DNA of 64,000 nt from Bacteroidales bacterium (GCA_045639585.1 JAZUDJ010000088.1:562-64561); one strand, 5' to 3'. Positions 1-9,274 are shown, counted from the first letter of the stretch. Numbers and translations: made by a program. The notes: a model not told the origin generated them from the letters alone.

Positions 1-1
1 G

Positions 2-241
2 GTACAGCAGGCCATGATCCAGCAGTACGAAGAGGCTGCCGCCTCGCTCCGCGCGCTTGGATCTCTGCCAAGCCTGCTCCAGCCAATGCAGGATACACTC
101 GATGCGATGAAGGAGATGCCTGTCGCCTCTCCTATCGAGACCGCCATCAGCCAGCTGAGCACCGACATCTTCTACGGCATGATCCTGATGATCCCGATCG
201 CATTCATCGTCCGCAAGAAGGGTGAGGAAAGTAATTTGTAA
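2..241 (+). CDS. 3' end of a CDS that starts upstream of the window; hypothetical protein with a C-terminal hydrophobic anchor
   Basis: The frame is open from base 2 and stops at TAA 239-241. The C-terminal hydrophobic stretch IFYGMILMIPIAFIV is followed by RKKGEE. No family recognised. Confidence 0.4.
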   Translation, partial: VQQAMIQQYEEAAASLRALGSLPSLLQPMQDTLDAMKEMPVASPIETAISQLSTDIFYGMILMIPIAFIVRKKGEESNL

Positions 242-258
242 TTCGTAATTTGTAATTG
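224..258 (+). repeat. heptamer array (GTAATTN variant), 5 units, across a stop/start junction
   Basis: GAGGAAA GTAATTT GTAATTC GTAATTT GTAATTG. TAA occurs at 232, 239, 246 and 253, which covers all three forward frames. The upstream CDS stops at 239-241 and the next ATG is at 264. Confidence 0.8.
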
Positions 259-263
259 TTCTT

Positions 264-1220
264 ATGTCTTTAGATATAAGCGTAATCGTCCCTCTATATA
301 ACGAAGCCGAGTCACTGCCAGAGCTGGCAGCATGGATCGACCGAGTCATGCAAGCCAATGGCTTCTCTTACGAAGTCATCTTCTGTAATGATGGCTCGAC
401 CGATGAGAGCTGGCAGGTGATCCGCCAGTTGCATGAGAAGTATCCGCAGATGCACGGCATGTCGTTCCGCACCAATCACGGCAAGAGCCCGGCTCTTCAT
501 GTCGGTTTCGGCATGGCGCAAGGCAATGTGGTCATCACGATGGATGCAGACCTGCAGGACTCTCCTGACGAGATTCCAGAGCTCTACCGCATGATCACTG
601 AGGATGGGTATGACCTGGTTTCTGGTTGGAAGAAGAAGCGTTTCGACCCGCTGTCGAAGACCATTCCGACCAAGCTTTTTAACGCCACCGTCCGCAAGGT
701 CAGCGGCATCAAGAACCTGCATGACTTCAACTGTGGTCTCAAGGCTTACCGCGGCGAGGTCGTCAAGCACATTGAGCTCTATGGCGATATGCACCGCTAT
801 ATCCCATATCTGGCCAAGAACGCTGGGTTCGGCAAAATCGGTGAGAAAGTTGTGCAGCACCAAGCGCGTAAGTATGGCAAGACCAAGTTCGGCCTCGACC
901 GTTTCGTCAATGGTTACCTCGACCTGATCACCCTCTGGTTCCTCAACCGCTTCGGCTCGAAGCCGATGCTGATCTTCGGTCTCTGGGGTACCGTGGTCTT
1001 CCTGATCGGTTTCGTCGCCGTGCTGAGTATCATCTGCCACAAGATCTATGTGCTCAATACCGTCGGCACCGGCACATTGATCACCAATATGCCAGCCTTC
1101 TACATTGCACTCACCTGCATGCTCCTCGGCGGACAGCTGTTCCTGGCAGGCTTCCTCGGCGAACTCATCTCACGCACCGCACAAGAACGTAATAAGTACG
1201 ATGTTGCAGAAACGATCTAA
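264..1220 (+). CDS. GT2 polyprenyl-phosphate glycosyltransferase (GtrB/DPM1/ArnC-like)
   Basis: Motifs VIVPLYNEAESL, CNDGSTDES and DADLQD (DXD), plus two C-terminal hydrophobic helices typical of GtrB-like enzymes. Confidence 0.85.
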   Translation: MSLDISVIVPLYNEAESLPELAAWIDRVMQANGFSYEVIFCNDGSTDESWQVIRQLHEKYPQMHGMSFRTNHGKSPALHVGFGMAQGNVVITMDADLQDSPDEIPELYRMITEDGYDLVSGWKKKRFDPLSKTIPTKLFNATVRKVSGIKNLHDFNCGLKAYRGEVVKHIELYGDMHRYIPYLAKNAGFGKIGEKVVQHQARKYGKTKFGLDRFVNGYLDLITLWFLNRFGSKPMLIFGLWGTVVFLIGFVAVLSIICHKIYVLNTVGTGTLITNMPAFYIALTCMLLGGQLFLAGFLGELISRTAQERNKYDVAETI

Positions 1221-1713
1221 CATACTCATCCTCCTGATCGGCATGGCGCTGGCCGTGCTGGGTGTAGCGTCGTGCGATAATGGCTGCGAACAGATGCGCG
1301 AGAGCTTTATGCACATCAGCCTCACCGGTACTACCAGCCGTTCGATCCGCAGCCTCAACATTGATGCTCATGGTCGCAAGCAAGGTATGGTGATGAGCGA
1401 CAGCACCACGCTGCAGTATACTCTGCCGGTCAGTAAGTTCGACAATATCGAACTGGAACTCAATCCGAATGACTCGCTCGTGACCTTCGTGCTCCGCAGC
1501 GAATATCAGGATTATGGAGATAAGTTCCAGGCCAATGATACCGTCCGTATCGTCTACAGCGTCAACGGACGATTCCTCGATATGGATTGTGGCTGCACCG
1601 TCGACTATGAGATCAAAAGCGTAAGCCATACCAAGAATCTGCTCGAAGACGTACACATCACCGATCCGAAGATCTTCACTGAGTCTGGTATCAATCTCGA
1701 GTTAACCTACTAA
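1201..1713 (+). CDS. hypothetical lipoprotein
   Basis: ATG at 1201 (MLQKRSNILILLIGMALAVLGVASC) gives a signal peptide with a lipobox Cys. The upstream part of ORF 1105-1713 overlaps the GT2 gene and is not signal-like. Confidence 0.55.
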   Translation: MLQKRSNILILLIGMALAVLGVASCDNGCEQMRESFMHISLTGTTSRSIRSLNIDAHGRKQGMVMSDSTTLQYTLPVSKFDNIELELNPNDSLVTFVLRSEYQDYGDKFQANDTVRIVYSVNGRFLDMDCGCTVDYEIKSVSHTKNLLEDVHITDPKIFTESGINLELTY

Positions 1714-1741
1714 CGATTAGTTGATAATAATCACTTATTAC

Positions 1742-2509
1742 ATGAATAGAATACTTCTGCCTCTCCTCCTCCTGCTGGCCTGCTGCATGCAGACCTTGCC
1801 GTCATGGGCTCAGGGCCGAAGTATCCCGAAAGGATCGCAGGCCAAGGCCGAAGAAGCCGCCGCGCTGATCGATGAAGAACTGCCGGAGGGCCAGACCTAC
1901 CGCTATCCGTTGTTCAATGGCCTTAATGTGAGCATCGACATCTTCGATCCGCTCTACGATCTCTTCTTAAGCGACCATGCCTCCTACGAAGCTCAAGCTA
2001 TGGTCGATCTGCATCATCGCTTTTTCCCACTCGCAGCCTTCGGTATGGGTTACGCGGATGAGAAATCGAATAATGGTATCGAATTCAGCACCGGGCAGAA
2101 GCAGGAGTTTACCTTCAAGTCAGAAATGGCGCCATTCCTCAAACTGGGTATGGCCTACAACCTCCGATACAACAGCACCAAGCCAGACGACCTCTATCTG
2201 ATCTTTGCCCGCTATGGCATTGCTCAGAATAAGGTTAATCTGACCAATCTCTACTACGCTTCGTCGAAATGGGATGACGTCCATCTGCCCGACATCATCG
2301 GCCAGAAGTACACGACCCAATGGATTGAGGCTGGCGTGATGCTCAAGGTGCAGCTTATCAAACACGTCTCACTCGGCTGGGATCTCTATGCGAAGATCAA
2401 GCTCAGCCAGAGTGGTACCGAAAACGGCAAGCCAGCCTTCGTCCCTGGCTACGGCGACTGCAGTTCACTCTTTGGATTCAATTTCAGAGTCTACTATGAT
2501 ATTTTCTAA
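1742..2509 (+). CDS. hypothetical outer-membrane beta-barrel-like protein
   Basis: Signal peptide MNRILLPLLLLLACCMQTLPSWAQ, alternating beta-strand-like composition and a C-terminal aromatic end (YYDIF). Confidence 0.5.
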   Translation: MNRILLPLLLLLACCMQTLPSWAQGRSIPKGSQAKAEEAAALIDEELPEGQTYRYPLFNGLNVSIDIFDPLYDLFLSDHASYEAQAMVDLHHRFFPLAAFGMGYADEKSNNGIEFSTGQKQEFTFKSEMAPFLKLGMAYNLRYNSTKPDDLYLIFARYGIAQNKVNLTNLYYASSKWDDVHLPDIIGQKYTTQWIEAGVMLKVQLIKHVSLGWDLYAKIKLSQSGTENGKPAFVPGYGDCSSLFGFNFRVYYDIF

Positions 2510-3551
2510 AAACACAGCCAAGATCCTGCTCTACCTGAGCACCGCCATCTGCCTCCTGTGCATCGTCCTTTTCCGACAGCACAAGCAGCAGGGAGAGGTG
2601 TCTTCGTCTATTCCATTTACTCGCATTGAGGGTAGCGTCTTCCACACCCTATACCATATCCAATACGCTGATAGCGTTGACTATCACCCACAGATCAAGC
2701 AACTGTTTGCCCAGTTCGACGGTTCGCTTTCCATGTTCAACGACACCTCCATCATCTCACGCATGAATCAGAATGATCCGGAGGTCATTGCCAACTGCTA
2801 CGTCCGCACCGTCTTCGAGAAAGCGCTCGAAGTCAGCAATCGCACCAACGGTGCTTTCGATATCACCGTCGCTCCTCTCGTTAACCTCTGGGGCTTCGGC
2901 TTCAAGAATTCTGACAATGTCAATCAGCAGATGATCGACAGCATCCTGCCTTTCGTCGGTTACCAAGGCGTCTGTCTCGACGTCGAAGGCCATCTGCACA
3001 AGAACGATCCCCGCACCATCCTCGACGCTTCGAGTATCGCCAAAGGCTATATGTGCGATATCGTGGCCGACTTCCTCCAAAGCAAAGGCGTCAATGACTA
3101 TATGATCGAGATCGGTGGCGAACTTGCCATCGGCGGGCACAACGCGCAGGACAAGATCTGGAGCGTGGGTATCAACCAGCCAGTCAATGACAGCCTGCAG
3201 ATCGGCAGCAACGAGCTCCGCGACATCATGCACATCACCGACTGTGGCGTGGCAACCAGCGGCAACTACCGTAACTTCTACTACAAGGACGGTCAGCGTT
3301 ATGCACATACCATCGACCCTAAGACCGGTTATCCTGTACAGCAGGACATCCTCAGCAGCACCGTAATCGCTCCCGACTGCATGACCGCCGATGCCTATGC
3401 CACCGCCTTCATGGTGATGGGTAGCGAGCGTGCACTCCGCGTCCTTGCAGCTGACACCACGCTGATGGCATACTTCATTGTCACCAAGCCTGATAGTGAT
3501 GAAACAAATGTCATTTATTCTCCAGGATTAAAGAAAATGTTAGGTCAATAG
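2496..3551 (+). CDS. apbE: FAD:protein FMN transferase (ApbE family)
   Basis: Motifs AFDITVAPLVNLWGFGF, DASSIAKGY and ATSGNYRNF. I chose ATG 2496 (MIFSKNTAKILLYL, N-terminal TM anchor) rather than 2388, which overlaps the upstream gene. Confidence 0.85.
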   Translation: MIFSKNTAKILLYLSTAICLLCIVLFRQHKQQGEVSSSIPFTRIEGSVFHTLYHIQYADSVDYHPQIKQLFAQFDGSLSMFNDTSIISRMNQNDPEVIANCYVRTVFEKALEVSNRTNGAFDITVAPLVNLWGFGFKNSDNVNQQMIDSILPFVGYQGVCLDVEGHLHKNDPRTILDASSIAKGYMCDIVADFLQSKGVNDYMIEIGGELAIGGHNAQDKIWSVGINQPVNDSLQIGSNELRDIMHITDCGVATSGNYRNFYYKDGQRYAHTIDPKTGYPVQQDILSSTVIAPDCMTADAYATAFMVMGSERALRVLAADTTLMAYFIVTKPDSDETNVIYSPGLKKMLGQ

Positions 3552-3574
3552 TCTCGCGCAACCGAAACTATCGG

Positions 3575-3622
3575 CCCCTAGTATCCCTTAATATCCTTTA
3601 GATTCCCCTAGATATCCCTTAA
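3575..3622 (+). promoter_or_regulatory. tandem ~10-nt pyrimidine-rich repeats in the pyrB leader
   Basis: CCCCTAGTATCCCTTAA (3575-3591) and CCCCTAGATATCCCTTAA (3605-3622) flank TATCCTTTAGATT. Read as ~10-nt units: TATCCCTTAA / TATCCTTTAG / ATTCCCCTAG / ATATCCCTTAA. The array ends 10 nt before the pyrB ATG. Confidence 0.4.
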
Positions 3623-3632
3623 ATAAAATAAT

Positions 3633-4547
3633 ATGGAAAAGAAATTCATTTCCGTTACCGACCTCAGCAAAGACGACATCCTGAGTTTGCTCGAAGATGC
3701 CGCTCAGTTTGAGCAGAACCCTAACCAGCGACTTCTGGAGGGTAAGGTCGTGGCTACGCTGTTCTTTGAGCCAAGTACACGTACCCGCCTTAGTTTCGAA
3801 ACCGCAGCCAACCGCCTCGGTGCTCGTGTCATCGGCTTCAGTGATCCGAATGCCACCTCTACCAGCAAGGGCGAGACGCTGAAAGACACCATCAAGATGG
3901 TCAGCAACTACGCTGACGCCATCGTGATGCGCCACTACCTCGAGGGTGCTGCACGCTATGCCAGCGAGGTGACCAACGTGCCTATCATCAATGCAGGCGA
4001 CGGTGCCAACCAGCATCCATCGCAGACCATGCTCGACCTCTATTCGATCTGGAAGACACAGGGGACACTCGAGAATATCGACATCACTATGGTAGGTGAT
4101 CTCCGCTACGGCCGCACCGTCCACTCACTGGTACAGGCCCTCTCGTTCTTCAATCCACGCTTCCACTTCATCGCACCAGATCTGCTCCGCATGCCACACG
4201 GCTACCGCGACTTCTGCGTACGTCACAACCTCTACTACGATGAGAGCGAGGTATTCGACGAGAATGCCATCAACAATACCGACATCCTCTACATGACCCG
4301 TATCCAGAAGGAGCGCTTTACTGATCTCCGCGAATACGAGCAGGTCAAGAATGTCTATACCCTCCATCGCTCGATGCTTGAGAATGCACGTCCAAACCTC
4401 CGCGTCCTCCATCCGCTCCCACGCGTCAACGAGATCGCATACGATGTGGACGACAGCGATAAGGCTTATTACTTCCAGCAGGCTCAGAATGGTCTCTACG
4501 CCCGTCAGGCCATCATCTGCAAGATGTTAAATATTAAAGTAAGATAA
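3633..4547 (+). CDS. pyrB: aspartate carbamoyltransferase catalytic subunit
   Basis: Motifs [13 protein letters not shown] (STRTR carbamoyl-phosphate motif), HPSQ and HPLPRVNEI. Length 304 aa. Confidence 0.95.
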   Translation: MEKKFISVTDLSKDDILSLLEDAAQFEQNPNQRLLEGKVVATLFFEPSTRTRLSFETAANRLGARVIGFSDPNATSTSKGETLKDTIKMVSNYADAIVMRHYLEGAARYASEVTNVPIINAGDGANQHPSQTMLDLYSIWKTQGTLENIDITMVGDLRYGRTVHSLVQALSFFNPRFHFIAPDLLRMPHGYRDFCVRHNLYYDESEVFDENAINNTDILYMTRIQKERFTDLREYEQVKNVYTLHRSMLENARPNLRVLHPLPRVNEIAYDVDDSDKAYYFQQAQNGLYARQAIICKMLNIKVR

Positions 4548-4548
4548 T

Positions 4549-5007
4549 ATGAGCGAGAAAACCGAACTCGAAGTCAGCGCCATCAAGAATGGCACCGTCA
4601 TCGACCATATACCAGCCGACGTAACTTTCAAGATCGTCCAGATCCTGAATCTGTATAACCACCCGGGAGCCATCACCATCGGCACCAACCTGGAGTCAAA
4701 GACCCTGGGCAAGAAGGGTATCATCAAGATTGCTGACCGTTTCATCTCAGACGAGGAGATCGGCCGCCTCTCTGTCGTTGCTCCAAATGTCACACTCAAC
4801 ATCATCAAGGATTACCAGATCGTGCAGAAGAAGTACGTCCAGTACCCTAAGCAGATCATCGGCGTTGTGAAGTGCAGCAATCCTAAGTGCGTCACTAACC
4901 ACCAGCCAATCCCTACCAAGATGGAAGTCTTCGACATGAAATACAAGTCCCTCCGCTGCGTATACTGCGAAAGAGTGATGCAGCATAGTGAGATTGAGCT
5001 TCTGTAA
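4549..5007 (+). CDS. pyrI: aspartate carbamoyltransferase regulatory subunit
   Basis: Lies immediately downstream of pyrB. It has the C-terminal Zn cluster CSNPKC...CVYC and is 152 aa long. Confidence 0.95.
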   Translation: MSEKTELEVSAIKNGTVIDHIPADVTFKIVQILNLYNHPGAITIGTNLESKTLGKKGIIKIADRFISDEEIGRLSVVAPNVTLNIIKDYQIVQKKYVQYPKQIIGVVKCSNPKCVTNHQPIPTKMEVFDMKYKSLRCVYCERVMQHSEIELL

Positions 5008-5060
5008 GCTCAATCTCTTAAATATCAAATCTCAGGGAGCAAATACATTCCCCCTAACGC

Positions 5061-5099
5061 AAGTTTCCCCGCCACGATTCTTTCGTAGCGGGGAAACTT
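5061..5099. terminator. 12-bp perfect hairpin between convergent pyrI and the OMP gene
   Basis: AAGTTTCCCCGC (5061-5072), 15-nt loop, GCGGGGAAACTT (5088-5099). The flanking U-tract is weak. Confidence 0.55.
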
Positions 5100-5136
5100 G
5101 ATATTTGTTACCTGATATTTGTTATTTACGACGAGA

Positions 5137-6111
5137 TCAGATCTCGTTATACAGTTTCTTTTCCTTCAGATTTTTAGCACGCTGCTCCTTATCTTTCTTT
5201 ATCTGCTGCTGAGCCTCTTCCAACGCCTTGGTGCGCTTCTTGAGCTCCTTAGCACGGTTGGCGCGACGCTTCTCGTTCTCCTTTTGAGCTCTCTTCAGCT
5301 TTTCTTCACGCTGCTTGGCTACACGCTGGCGATCTTTCTCTGTATAGCTTGGCTCCCAAGCATCATTCTCATCGGTCGTAAGGCTGACACGATTCACATT
5401 ATTATAACGTGAGCCAGGACGGTTCCATTGACGCTGGTGGAAATGATAAGTGAAACCTGTATGCAGCTTTACGAAACCACTCGTCGCGACACGGCTCTCT
5501 ACACCGTCATATCGGCCATCAGTAATCGTATAACCGCCTTCGAGCATCCAGTCCCAACTTGGAGATATACGGTAAGTGACAAGCAGACCAGCATGGGCGG
5601 CCCAACAGGTCTTGTCCCAGCAATCTACAGGATAGAACTCCCAGTCCTTTACCTTCTCATGATCGAAGTGGAATGACTCAAGACCACCGCCACCGAGGAA
5701 TGCCACCACATCAAAGGATGGACGATACTTCCTGCGAGGAGTGAACAATGTCGTCAAGTCAATCAACATATCACCGAAACCTGTCAGCACATTGAAATTA
5801 TAATGTGTGTCGTAAGTCTCAGGATCGCCCTCACGCTGCGCTCTACCTGGACGTCCTTTCTGGGGATTGAGGCCCAAACTCAATCGGAAACCCAATGCAC
5901 GGTTAACGAAAGTACCTACCTGCAATTCTCCACCAGGATAATTCTTGATGAAGTCATTGCTCGTAGCATTCTCTGCCAAGCTATGCGTCACACCAGCAGA
6001 TATACCAATCCACCAGTCGTTCTTGCGCATCGAGCGCGCCTTCTCCTGACCGAAGACCGTCAGGCATGACATCCATGCCAAAAGCAGAAATATGATTGAT
6101 TTTTTCATCAT
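5137..6111 (-). CDS. outer-membrane beta-barrel (porin/OmpA-N-like) protein with a Lys/Glu-rich C-terminal tail
   Basis: Signal peptide MMKKSIIFLLLAWMSCLTVFGQ and beta-barrel-like repeats. The last ~75 aa are KE-rich (EKLKRAQKENEKRRANRAKELKKRTKALEEAQQQIKKDKEQRAKNLKEKK). Start placed at 6111/6108 because a -7 box covers 6133-6140. Confidence 0.6.
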   Translation of the reverse strand: MMKKSIIFLLLAWMSCLTVFGQEKARSMRKNDWWIGISAGVTHSLAENATSNDFIKNYPGGELQVGTFVNRALGFRLSLGLNPQKGRPGRAQREGDPETYDTHYNFNVLTGFGDMLIDLTTLFTPRRKYRPSFDVVAFLGGGGLESFHFDHEKVKDWEFYPVDCWDKTCWAAHAGLLVTYRISPSWDWMLEGGYTITDGRYDGVESRVATSGFVKLHTGFTYHFHQRQWNRPGSRYNNVNRVSLTTDENDAWEPSYTEKDRQRVAKQREEKLKRAQKENEKRRANRAKELKKRTKALEEAQQQIKKDKEQRAKNLKEKKLYNEI

Positions 6112-6132
6112 AAACAACAAGTTATTCGCGTG

Positions 6133-6164
6133 CAAAAATACAGATTATTTTCGACACATGCAAA
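6133..6164 (-). promoter_or_regulatory. Bacteroidetes-type promoter for the OMP gene
   Basis: On the minus strand: TTTG (6164-6161), 20-nt spacer, then TATTTTTG (6140-6133), which matches TAnnTTTG. It lies 22 nt upstream of ATG 6111. Confidence 0.55.
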
Positions 6165-6213
6165 TTTTCATTCGCTTTTTTGCAATATGAGTGCAAATAA
6201 ATGTCTTGAAGTT

Positions 6214-7362
6214 TCAAGGGCGGAAAGAATTGACCCTCTTCACTACCTCTTCCACTTCTACATCCGCCAGCACGGGACTCATCGGCAGCGAGAGTTCCTG
6301 TGCACAAATCTGTTCTGTGATAAGCAACGACAGATGATGTAATTCCGGGTAACATTCCTGCTGATGAGGAGGTATCGGATAATGAATCTGCGTCTGGATT
6401 CCTTGCGAAGACAAATGCTGCTGCAAGGCGTCTCGATGGGTAGAAAGAACCGGGAAAATATGGTAGACAGAAGAGAGCGACATCTGCTCATACTTCTGCG
6501 AAGGAACAGCGACGAAGCTTTGCTCCATATTCTCATGATAGTATCGAGCGATTTCCTGACGTCGCTGGTTATCATCATCCAGATGGTGGAGCTTGACAGA
6601 AAGTATGGCCGCCTGCAGTTCATCTAATCGGCTATTGCGACCTTTATACTTGAACTCATATTTCTTATGGCTGCCATAGTTGGCCAACGCTCGGATGACC
6701 TCAGCCAACTCGGCATCATCCGTTGTTACCGCACCACCATCGCCTAAAGCTCCGAGGTTCTTGCTCGGATAGAAGCTGTGTGCAGCTGCATGGCCTAACG
6801 CCCCGGTCTTTCGGCAGCACCTCTCAGCACTCCGCACTCCACACTCCGCACTCCCAAGACCATGCGCCTGTGCATTGTCCTCCAGAACTAGCAGGCCATA
6901 TTTCTTAGCCAGTTCCCCAATTCTCTCAGTATAGGAGCATGCACCATAGAGATGCACCAACAGGATAGCTCGAGTGCGAGAACAGATGGACTGTTCTATC
7001 AGCGAGTCATCTATCTGCAGTGTATCGAGACGAGGCTCCACCAGCACCGGAGTCAATCCATTCTCTGAGATTGCCAGAATTGTCGCAATATACGTATTGG
7101 CAGGAACGATCACTTCATCTCCAGGAGCGATCTTTCCCAATTCCATATACGCTCGCAGCATGAGAATCAGTGCATCGAGACCACTAGCACAGGATATACA
7201 GTAACGGGTTCCGATGTATCGCGCATACTCCTCCTCGAAGCGTGTGCACTCCTCTCCAAGCAAATACCAACCTCGATCAATCACCCTGCGAGTTGCCTCA
7301 TGCAGTTCCTCGGCATAGCGTGCATTGATCTTCTGCAAATCCAGGAACTTAACCTCTCTCAC
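6214..7362 (-). CDS. DegT/DnrJ/EryC1/StrS-family sugar aminotransferase (PLP-dependent)
   Basis: Motifs EDNAQAHG and HSFYPSKNLGALGDGG (PLP-Lys region). GTG start at 7362-7360 overlaps the stop of the upstream GT4. A heptamer array sits between the two motifs. Confidence 0.9.
   Translation of the reverse strand: MREVKFLDLQKINARYAEELHEATRRVIDRGWYLLGEECTRFEEEYARYIGTRYCISCASGLDALILMLRAYMELGKIAPGDEVIVPANTYIATILAISENGLTPVLVEPRLDTLQIDDSLIEQSICSRTRAILLVHLYGACSYTERIGELAKKYGLLVLEDNAQAHGLGSAECGVRSAERCCRKTGALGHAAAHSFYPSKNLGALGDGGAVTTDDAELAEVIRALANYGSHKKYEFKYKGRNSRLDELQAAILSVKLHHLDDDNQRRQEIARYYHENMEQSFVAVPSQKYEQMSLSSVYHIFPVLSTHRDALQQHLSSQGIQTQIHYPIPPHQQECYPELHHLSLLITEQICAQELSLPMSPVLADVEVEEVVKRVNSFRP
6827..6854 (-). 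repeat. heptamer tandem array, 4 units, inside the DegT ORF (sense orientation)
   Basis: Plus strand GCACTCC GCACTCC ACACTCC GCACTCC. On the gene strand it is translated as SAECGVRSAE. Confidence 0.85.
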
Positions 7363-8584
7363 TAAGTACTTCTCTATAGAATTCGTAGAGTTTTTCTCTC
7401 ACAAATCCCTGCTCCCAACGCTCCGATATAATCTGACGAGCTCGCTTACCCATCTGCAGGCGCTCCTCCTCATGCTCCATCATCCAGCACATAGCCTCAT
7501 AAAGAGCATCAGCATCCTTCGATGGAACCATGACTCCATTCTCGCGGATACTCATTGTCTCCCCTGGCTGCAGATGCTGCGATACGTATTGTGAATCTAT
7601 CGCTTTAAGAATGATATCCCTGCATCCATTGATATCCGTCACGATCGATGCCAGCTCCATAGCACCAGCTTCGAGCACCGTATTCGGGAAACCTTCACGA
7701 TAGCTAGGGAATACGAAGCAATCAGCAGCGGCATAATATGCCAGCAGGTCTTCTATTGGTTTTGGACCTACCGCCTCAATCTCTGGCATCGTATCAATAA
7801 GGTGGCGTGTCTCTGGAGTAACGGGATCCAGATGATCCTCAATCCATCCGACCAGCACTAGACGACAACTTCTCCCTTCTCCCTTATTCTTTTTACTTTC
7901 AATAAGCTTGTTAAATGCAGCAACAAGCTCATTGATACCCTTATCGCCTACGATACGACCTACAAACAGAAACGTGAAGAGCTTTTTTCCATCAGGGGCA
8001 ATAGCTCCTAACTCCTCACTCCAAACTCCTACCATTTCTGGCTTTTGCCAGAATGAAAGATCTACTCCCTTCACATTACCATAGCCAAGAAGACGCATCG
8101 GCTTTTTGGTAATTCCGTAATTCTTCAGATCGTCGAGAACTCCGAGACTCTCAGGAATCACATGGGTGGCACAGGCGCAGGTTATTCTGTCGGTCATCAT
8201 CAGGATCTTACGCTTGATTCCTGATGTCGTTGGCCATATCAATCCTGTAAATGTATGAATACGATATGGAACTCTTGCCATCCATGCCGCCATCATACAC
8301 AGCAGACCAGCTTTCGGGGTCATGGAGTGCACCATATCCGGTTTCTCAGCGCGGAAGACACGATACAAAGCCCACAAGGCCTTCATATCCTTGACCAAAG
8401 AGATCTTTCTCTCCATCTCCACCCCGATGGTGCGGACATCCTCACGGGCAGCGACCTGCTTCAGATCCTCATCGGGTGAAGACACCGCTACTACCTCATA
8501 TCCTTGATCCTTCAAATCCTGTAAGATACCTTTACAGAAGATATTCAAGGATAGGCCGATCGTTGCACAACGTATAATTTTCAT
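7349..8584 (-). CDS. glycosyltransferase family 4
   Basis: FVFPSYREGFPNTVLEAGAMELASIVTDINGCRD (the E-x7-E region of the GT4/GT1 fold). Length 411 aa. Confidence 0.85.
   Translation of the reverse strand: MKIIRCATIGLSLNIFCKGILQDLKDQGYEVVAVSSPDEDLKQVAAREDVRTIGVEMERKISLVKDMKALWALYRVFRAEKPDMVHSMTPKAGLLCMMAAWMARVPYRIHTFTGLIWPTTSGIKRKILMMTDRITCACATHVIPESLGVLDDLKNYGITKKPMRLLGYGNVKGVDLSFWQKPEMVGVWSEELGAIAPDGKKLFTFLFVGRIVGDKGINELVAAFNKLIESKKNKGEGRSCRLVLVGWIEDHLDPVTPETRHLIDTMPEIEAVGPKPIEDLLAYYAAADCFVFPSYREGFPNTVLEAGAMELASIVTDINGCRDIILKAIDSQYVSQHLQPGETMSIRENGVMVPSKDADALYEAMCWMMEHEEERLQMGKRARQIISERWEQGFVREKLYEFYREVLSERG
8002..8029 (-). repeat. heptamer tandem array, 4 units, inside the GT4 ORF (sense)
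   Basis: Plus strand TAGCTCC TAACTCC TCACTCC AAACTCC. Translated as GVWSEELGA. Confidence 0.8.
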
Positions 8585-9237
8585 CCGAGTACGGTTTCAA
8601 GAATATACTTTATATCCAAAGACAGAGACTGATGGCGATAATACTCCAGATTGATTTTCACCTTATCCGGATAGATCACATAATCATTATACCACAGCGC
8701 AATCTCCTCATCGCTCATCGACGAGAACTCGACAGCAGGGCATTCACTCCTAACTCCTAATTCCTCACTCCTAACTTGATGAAGAAAATCTGCAATCAGA
8801 TTTTCCTCATCTCTGTACTTCAGCGTTGCCGGCCCCGTAATTCCAGGACGAAGCTCTAGCACCAATCGGTCCTCCCCGACCAACTTATCAGCATAGCCTG
8901 GGACATCCGGGCGCGGACCGACAAAACTCATGTCGCCGATAAAGACATTCCACAATTCAGGCAGTTCGTCGAGCTTATATTTGCGAAGCTTTGCGCCCAA
9001 TGGAGTGATACGCGCCTCTCCAGCCACACTCACGCTGCTACCGCCATGGCTCACAGTCATCGAGCGGAACTTATACATCGTGAACAGATCGCCATGCAGC
9101 CCCACTCTCTTCTGCTTGAAAATCGCAGGTCCTCCCGGCATCTTTACCTTTATTAATATAGCTACAACGATCAGCACCGGCCATAACAGCAGTAGCCCGA
9201 TCAGTGCCATCACTCTATCAAATATCCATTTACTCAT
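8581..9237 (-). CDS. small bacterial sugar transferase (PglC/WcfS-type polyprenyl-phosphate hexose-1-phosphate transferase), likely the initiating enzyme
   Basis: N-terminal re-entrant helix, then FTMYKFRSM and DELPELWNVFIGDMSFVGPRP. At 218 aa it is slightly longer than the ~200 aa I expect for this family, and it carries a heptamer array. Confidence 0.9.
   Translation of the reverse strand: MSKWIFDRVMALIGLLLLWPVLIVVAILIKVKMPGGPAIFKQKRVGLHGDLFTMYKFRSMTVSHGGSSVSVAGEARITPLGAKLRKYKLDELPELWNVFIGDMSFVGPRPDVPGYADKLVGEDRLVLELRPGITGPATLKYRDEENLIADFLHQVRSEELGVRSECPAVEFSSMSDEEIALWYNDYVIYPDKVKINLEYYRHQSLSLDIKYILETVLG
8744..8778 (-). repeat. heptamer tandem array, 5 units, inside the sugar-transferase ORF (sense)
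   Basis: Plus strand TCACTCC TAACTCC TAATTCC TCACTCC TAACTTG. Translated as VRSEELGVRSEC. Confidence 0.85.
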
Positions 9238-9260
9238 AGCCTAAGCGTTATCAGCAAAAT

Positions 9261-9274
9261 TCACTCCTCACTAA
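9261..9274 (-). repeat. two heptamer units forming the 3' end and stop codon of the GNAT gene
   Basis: Plus strand TCACTCC TCACTAA. On the gene strand this reads ...CTT AGT GAG GAG TGA (LSEE-stop). Confidence 0.5.

Noticed and set aside
312-1040. 242-aa ORF on the minus strand, antisense to the GtrB-like GT2
   Set aside because: It lies entirely inside a gene with clear GT2 motifs on the other strand. It has no recognisable domain, and its Asp/His/Leu-rich composition is typical of an antisense shadow ORF in GC-balanced coding DNA.
5131-5145. 15-bp palindrome CGAGATCAGATCTCG over the OMP stop codon, and the direct repeat GATATTTGTTA x2 at 5100-5124
   Set aside because: Both are short, single occurrences in a convergent intergenic region that already has a strong hairpin. 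The evidence for a specific function is insufficient.
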